Of a DNA stretch of 64,000 bases, positions 57,041-64,000 are shown piece after piece (position 1 is the first letter of the stretch; every line of letters starts with the position of its first letter). Source of the stretch: Auanema rhodensis (lineage: Eukaryota > Animalia > Nematoda); the NCBI GenBank assembly GCA_964057225.1, contig CAXKVF010000073.1:1302001-1366000 (forward strand), in the 5' to 3' direction. The notes beneath the pieces were generated by a model. It was not told where the DNA came from, made no database searches, and worked only from the letters and a program-made list of their open reading frames with translations. Both the position numbers and the translations under genes were made by a program.

Positions 57041-57903
57041 TGAACCAATATCAATAAAAATTTGTTTTTAGACTAATATGGACATGGGGAATCTAATTTT
57101 GAAAACCGCATCTCTTTATCTTTCACGTGAAGCGAGTTACATACCAAGTGCACATCACGTGTACATTTAATTAGCATAAATTAAAGTTCACGTAAATTTC
57201 AAAGTCATGGTTACCATGAACTAATATCAATAAAAATTTGTTTTTAGACTAATATGGACATGGGGAATCTAATTTTGAAAACCGCATCTCTTTGTCTTTC
57301 ACGTGAAGCGAGTTACATACCAAGTGCACATCACGTGTACATTTAATTAGCATAAATTAAAGTTCACGTAAATTTCAAAGTCATGGTTACCATGAACCAA
57401 TATCGATAAAAATTTGTTTTTAGACTAATATGGACATGGGGAATCTAATTTCGAAAACCGCATCTCTTTATCTTTCACGTGAAGCGAGTTACATACCAAG
57501 TGCACATCACGTGTACATTTAATTAGCATAAATTAAAGTTCACGTAAATTTCAAAGTCATGGTTTCCATGCACCAATATCAATAAAAATTTGTTTTTAGA
57601 CTAATATGGACATGGGGAATCTAATTTTGAAAACCGCATCTCTTTATCTTTCACGTGAAGCGAGTTACATGCCAAGTGCACATCACGTGTACATTTAATT
57701 AGCATAAATTAAAGTTCACGTAAATTTCAAAGTCATGGTTACCATGAACCAATATTAATAAAAATTTGTTTTTAGACTAATATGGACATGGGGAATCTAA
57801 TTTTGAAAACCGCATCTCTTTATCTTTCACGTGAAGCGAGTTACATACCAAGTGCACATCACGTGTACATTTAATTAGCATAAATTAAAGTTCACGTAAA
57901 TTT

Positions 57904-60900
57904 CAAAGTCATGGTTACCATGAACCAATATCAATAAAAATTTGTTTTTAGACTAATATGGACAGGGGGAATCTAATTTTGAAAACCGCATCTCTTTATC
58001 TTTCACGTGAAGCGAGTTACATACCAAGTGCACATCACGTGTACATTTAATTAGCATAAATTAAAGTTCACGTAAATTTCAAAGTCATGGTTACCATGAA
58101 CCAATATCAATAAAAATTTGTTTTTAGACTAATATGGACATGGGGAATCTAATTTTGAAAACCGCATCTCTTTATCTTTCACGTGAAGCGAGTTACATAC
58201 CAAGTGCACATCACGTGTACATTTAATTAGCATAAATTAAAGTTCACGTAAAATTCAAAGTCATGGTTACCATGCACCAATATCAATAAAAATTTGTTTT
58301 TAGACTAATATGGACATGGGGAATCTAATTTTGAAAACCGCATCTCTTTATCTTTCACGTGAAGCGAGTTACATACCAAGTGCACATCACGTGTACATTT
58401 AATTAGCATAAATTAAAGTTCACGTAAATTTCAAAGTCATGGTTACCATGAACCAATATCAATAAAAATTTGTTTTTAGACTAATATGGACATGGGGAAT
58501 CTAATTGTGAAAACCGCATCTCTTTATCTTTCACGTGAAGCGAGTTACATACCAAGTGCACATCACGTGTACATTTAATTAGCATAAATTAAAGTTCACG
58601 TAAATTTCAAAGTCATGGTTACCATGAACCAATATCAATAAAAATTTGTTTTTAGACTAATATGGACATGGGGAATCTAATTTTGAAAACCGCATCTCTT
58701 TATCTTTCACGTGAAACGAGTTACATACCAAGTGCACATCACGTGTACATTTAATTAGCATAAATTAAAGTTCACGTAAATTTCAAAGTCATGGTTACCA
58801 TGAACCAATATCAATACAAATTTGTTTTTAGACTAATATGGACATGGGGAATCTAATTTTGAAAACCGCATCTCTTTATCTTTCACGTGAAGCGAGTTAC
58901 ATACCAAGTGCACATCACGTGTACATTTAATTAGCATAAATTAAAGTGCACGTAAATTTCAAAGTCATGGTTACCATGAACCAATATCAATAAAAATTTG
59001 TTTTTAGACTAATATGGACATGGGGAATCTAATTTTGAAAACCGCATCTCTTTATCTTTCACGTGAAGCGAGTTACATACCAAGTGCACATCACGTGTAC
59101 ATTTAATTAGCATAAATTAAAGTTCACGTAAATTTCAAAGTCATGTTTACCATGAAGCAAAATCAATAAAAATTTGTTTTTAGACTAATATGGACAGGGG
59201 GAATCTAATTTTGAAAACCGCATCTCTTTATCTTTCACGTGAAGCGAGTTACATACCAAGTGCACATCACGTGTACATTTAATTAGCATAAATTAAAGTT
59301 CACGTAAATTTCAAAGTCATGGTTACCATGAACCAATATCAATAAAAATTTGTTTTTAGACTAATATGGACAGGGGGAATCTAATTTTGAAAACCGCATC
59401 TCTTTATCTTTCACGTGAAGCGAGTTACATACCAAGTGCACATCACGTGTACATTTAATTAGCATAAATTAAAGTTCACGTAAATTTCAAAGTCATGGTT
59501 ACCATGAACCAATATCAATAAAAATTTGTTTTTAGACTAATATGGACATGGGGAATCTAATTTTGAAAACCGCATCTCTTTATCTTTCACGTGAAGCGAG
59601 TTACATACCAAGTGCACATCACGTGTACATTTAATTAGCATAAATTAAAGTTCACGTAAAATTCAAAGTCATGGTTACCATGCACCAATATCAATAAAAA
59701 TTTGTTTTTAGACTAATATGGACATGGGGAATCTAATTTTGAAAACCGCATCTCTTTATCTTTCACGTGAAGCGAGTTACATACCAAGTGCACATCACGT
59801 GTACATTTAATTAGCATAAATTAAAGTTCACGTAAATTTCAAAGTCATGGTTACCATGAACCAATATCAATAAAAATTTGTTTTTAGACTAATATGGACA
59901 TGGGGAATCTAATTGTGAAAACCGCATCTCTTTATCTTTCACGTGAAGCGAGTTACATACCAAGTGCACATCACGTGTACATTTAATTAGCATAAATTAA
60001 AGTTCACGTAAATTTCAAAGTCATGGTTACCATGAACCAATATCAATACAAATTTGTTTTTAGACTAATATGGACATGGGGAATCTAATTTTGAAAACCG
60101 CATCTCTTTATCTTTCACGTGAAGCGAGTTACATACCAAGTGCACATCACGTGTACATTTAATTAGCATAAATTAAAGTGCACGTAAATTTCAAAGTCAT
60201 GGTTACCATGAACCAATATCAATAAAAATTTGTTTTTAGACTAATATGGACATGGGGAATCTAATTTTGAAAACCGCATCTCTTTATCTTTCACGTGAAG
60301 CGAGTTACATACCAAGTGCACATCACGTGTACATTTAATTAGCATAAATTAAAGTTCACGTAAATTTCAAAGTCATGTTTACCATGAAGCAAAATCAATA
60401 AAAATTTGTTTTTAGACTAATATGGACAGGGGGAATCTAATTTTGAAAACCGCATCTCTTTATCTTTCACGTGAAGCGAGTTACATACCAAGTGCACATC
60501 ACGTGTACATTTAATTAGCATAAATTAAAGTTCACGTAAATTTCAAAGTCATGGTTACCATGAACCAATATCAATAAAAATTTGTTTTTAGACTAATATG
60601 GACAGGGGGAATCTAATTTTGAAAACCGCATCTCTTTATCTTTCACGTGAAGCGAGTTACATACCAAGTGCACATCACGTGTACATTTAATTAGCATAAA
60701 TTAAAGTTCACGTAAATTTCAAAGTCATGGTTACCATGAACCAATATCAATAAAAATTTGTTTTTAGACTAATATGGACATGGGGAATCTAATTTTGAAA
60801 ACCGCATCTCTTTATCTTTCACGTGAAGCGAGTTACATACCAAGTGCACATCACGTGTACATTTAATTAGCATAAATTAAAGTTCACGTAAAATTCAAAG

Positions 60901-61247
60901 TCATGGTTACCATGCACCAATATCAATAAAAATTTGTTTTTAGACTAATATGGACATGGGGAATCTAATTTTGAAAACCGCATCTCTTTATCTTTCACGT
61001 GAAGCGAGTTACATACCAAGTGCACATCACGTGTACATTTAATTAGCATAAATTAAAGTTCACGTAAATTTCAAAGTCATGGTTACCATGAACCAATATC
61101 AATAAAAATTTGTTTTTAGACTAATATGGACATGGGGAATCTAATTGTGAAAACCGCATCTCTTTATCTTTCACGTGAAGCGAGTTACATACCAAGTGCA
61201 CATCACGTGTACATTTAATTAGCATAAATTAAAGTTCACGTAAATTT
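57904..61247. repeat. 8/7-monomer higher-order repeat, about 2.5 copies
   Basis: The series T62G | T174A | A20C | T76G | (G109A) | A34C+T165G | consensus | G11T+C22G+T26A+T62G starts at 57904 (8-mer), 59312 (7-mer lacking the G109A monomer) and 60544 (partial). Confidence 0.88.
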
Positions 61248-64000
61248 CAAAGTCATGGTTACCATGAACCAATATCAATAAAAATTTGTTTTTAGACTAA
61301 TATGGACATGGGGAATCTAATTTTGAAAACCGCATCTCTTCATCTTTCACGTGAAGCGAGTTACATACCAAGTGCACATCACGTGTACATTTAATTAGCA
61401 TAAATTAAAGTTCACGTAAAATTCAAAGTCATGGTTACCATGCACCAATATCAATAAAAATTTGTTTTTAGACTAATATGGACATGGGGAATCTAATTTC
61501 GAAAACCGCATCTCTTTATCTTTCACGTGAAGCGAGTTACATACCAAGTGCACATCACGTGTACATTTAATTAGCATAAATTAAAGTTCACGTAAATTTC
61601 AAAGTCATGGTTACCATGAACCAATATCAATAAAAATTTGTTTTTAGACTAATATGGACATGGGGAATCTAATTTTGAAAACCGCATCTCTTTATCTTTC
61701 ACGTGAAGCGAGTTACATACCAAGTGCACATCACGTGTACATTTAATTAGCATAAATTAAAGTTCACGTAAATATCAAAGTCATGGTTACCATGAAGCAA
61801 TATCAATAAAAATTTGTTTTTAGACTAATATGGACATGGGGAATCTAATTTTGAAAACCGCATCTCTTTATCTTTCACGTGAAGCGAGTTACATACCAAG
61901 TGCACATCACGTGTACATTTAATTAGCATTAATTAAAGTTCACGTAAATTTCAAAGTCATGGTTACCATGAAGCAATATCAATAAAAATTTGTTTTTAGA
62001 CTAATATGGACATGGGGAATCTAATTTTGAAAACCGCATCTCTTTATCTTTCACGTGAAGCGAGTTACATACCAAGTGCACATCACGTGTACATTTAATT
62101 AGCATAAATTAAAGTTCACGTAAATTTCAAAGTCATGGTTACCATGAACCAATATCAATAAAAATTTGTTTTTAGACTAATATGGACATGGGGAATCTAA
62201 TTTTGAAAACCGCATCTCTTTATCTTTCACGTGAAGCGAGTTACATACCAAGTGCACATCACGTGTACATTTAATTAGCATAAATTAAAGTTCACGTAAA
62301 TTTCAAAGTCATGGTTACCATGCACCAATATCAATAAAAATTTGTTTTTAGACTAATATGGACATGGGGAATCTAATTTTGAAAACCGCATCTCTTTATC
62401 TTTCACGTGAAGCGAGTTACATACCAAGTGCACATCACGTGTACATTTAATTAGCATAAATTAAAGTTCACGTAAATTTCAAAGTCATGGTTACCATGAA
62501 CCAATATCAATAAAAATTTGTTTTTAGACTAATATGGACATGGGGAATCTAATTTTGAAAACCGCATCTCTTTATCTTTCACGTGAAGCGAGTTACATAC
62601 CAAGTGCACATCACGTGTACATTTAATTAGCATAAATTAAAGTTCACGTAAATTTCAAAGTCATGGTTACCATGAACCAATATCAATAAAAATTTGTTTT
62701 TAGACTAATATGGACATGGGGAATCTAATTTTGAAAACCGCATCTCTTTATCTTTCACGTGAAGCGAGTTACATACCAAGTGCACATCACGTGTACATTT
62801 AATTAGCATAAATTAAAGTTCACGTAAATTTCAAAGTCATGGTTACCATGAAGCAATATCAATAAAAATTTGTTTTTAGACTAATATGGACATGGGGAAT
62901 CTAATTTTGAAAACCGCATCTCTTTATCTTTCACGTGAAGCGAGTTACATACCAAGTGCACATCACGTGTACATTTAATTAGCATAAATTAAAGTTCACG
63001 TAAATTTCAAAGTCATGGTTACCATGAAGCAATATCAATAAAAATTTGTTTTTAGACTAATATGGACATGGGGAATCTAATTTTGAAAACCGCATCTCTT
63101 TATCTTTCACGTGAAGCGAGTTACATACCAAGTGCACATCACGTGTACATTTAATTAGCATAAATTAAAGTTCACGTAAATTTCAAAGTCATGGTTACCA
63201 TGAACCAATATCAATAAAAATTTGTTTTTAGACTAATATGGACATGGGGAATCTAATTTTGAAAACCGCATCTCTTTATCTTTCACGTGAAGCGAGTTAC
63301 ATACCAAGTGCACATCACGTGTACATTTAATTAGCATAAATTAAAGTTCACGTAAATTTCAAAGTCATGGTTACCATGAAGCAATATCAATAAAAATTTG
63401 TTTTCAGACTAATATGGACATGGGGAATCTAATTTTGAAAACCGCATCTCTTTATCTTTCACGTGAAGCGAGTTACATACCAAGTGCACATCACGTGTAC
63501 ATTTAATTAGCATAAATTAAAGTTCACGTAAATTTCAAAGTCATGGTTACCATGCACCAATATCAATAAAAATTTGTTTTTAGACTAATATGGACATGGG
63601 GAATCTAATTTTGAAAACCGCATCTCTTTATCTTTCACGTGAAGCGAGTTACATACCAAGTGCACATCACGTGTACATTTAATTAGCATAAATTAAAGTT
63701 CACGTAAATTTCAAAGTCATGGTTACCATGAAGCAATATCAATAAAAATTTGTTTTTAGACTAATATGGACATGGGGAATCTAATTTTGAAAACCGCATC
63801 TCTTTATCTTTCACGTGAAGCGAGTTACATACCAAGTGCACATCACGTGTACATTTAATTAGCATTAATTAAAGTTCACGTAAATTTCAAAGTCATGGTT
63901 ACCATGAACCAATATCAATAAAAATTTGTTTTTAGACTAATATGGACATGGAAAATCTAATTTTGAAAACCGCATCTCTTTATCTTTCACGTGAAGCGAG

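Larger units (their letters stand above)
1..64000. repeat. 176-bp tandem satellite DNA array (about 363.6 monomers, about 98-100% identical to consensus), putative centromeric/pericentromeric satellite
   Basis: CAAAGTCATGG recurs at 1, 177, 353, 881, 2641 etc. (period 176), with the phase shifted by -1 after about 9787. The array runs off both window edges. GC count of the consensus is 56/176. The centromeric role is inferred from length and homogeneity only. Confidence 0.98.

Noticed and set aside
1-64000. CRISPR array
   Set aside because: There are no unique spacers; the entire 176-bp unit repeats, and no cas genes or leader are present.
1-64000. Protein-coding repeat ORF on either strand
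   Set aside because: 176 is not a multiple of 3 and the unit has many stop triplets on both strands (TAA/TAG/TGA and TTA/CTA/TCA), so only short ATG-initiated peptides are possible.
1-64000. Variant pattern at monomer positions 20-23 (AACC/CACC/AAGC/AACT/TACT) as an information-bearing code or diversity-generating cassette system
   Set aside because: The pattern is explained by inheritance through duplication and recombination, and no recombinase, reverse transcriptase or expression locus is present.

Overview
The whole 64-kb window is one uninterrupted head-to-tail array of a 176-bp AT-rich satellite (consensus about 32% GC, about 363.6 copies, one orientation). I found no genes, RNA genes, transposon insertions or unique sequence. 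Consensus monomer, phased from position 1: CAAAGTCATGGTTACCATGAACCAATATCAATAAAAATTTGTTTTTAGACTAATATGGACATGGGGAATCTAATTTTGAAAACCGCATCTCTTTATCTTTCACGTGAAGCGAGTTACATACCAAGTGCACATCACGTGTACATTTAATTAGCATAAATTAAAGTTCACGTAAATTT. Monomers differ from it at 0-4 positions, and I saw only one indel (1 bp, about 9787). Monomer k starts at 1+176(k-1) up to k=56 and at 176(k-1) after that. Length, AT content and homogeneity suggest a eukaryotic centromeric or pericentromeric satellite, but I do not recognise the family or organism. The hidden structure lies in the variants, which I read by eye and which need computational confirmation. They show nested local higher-order duplications of 5, 7/8, 10, 12, 13, 15, 16/14 and 20 monomers, a recurring 10-11-monomer ancestral order, recombinant monomers and variant-defined domains. 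The monomer is also dense in palindromes, carries three regularly spaced TCACGT(G) E-box/G-box motifs, and shows a CpG-decay signature at two sites. Nothing in the sequence supports a novel protein-coding system.
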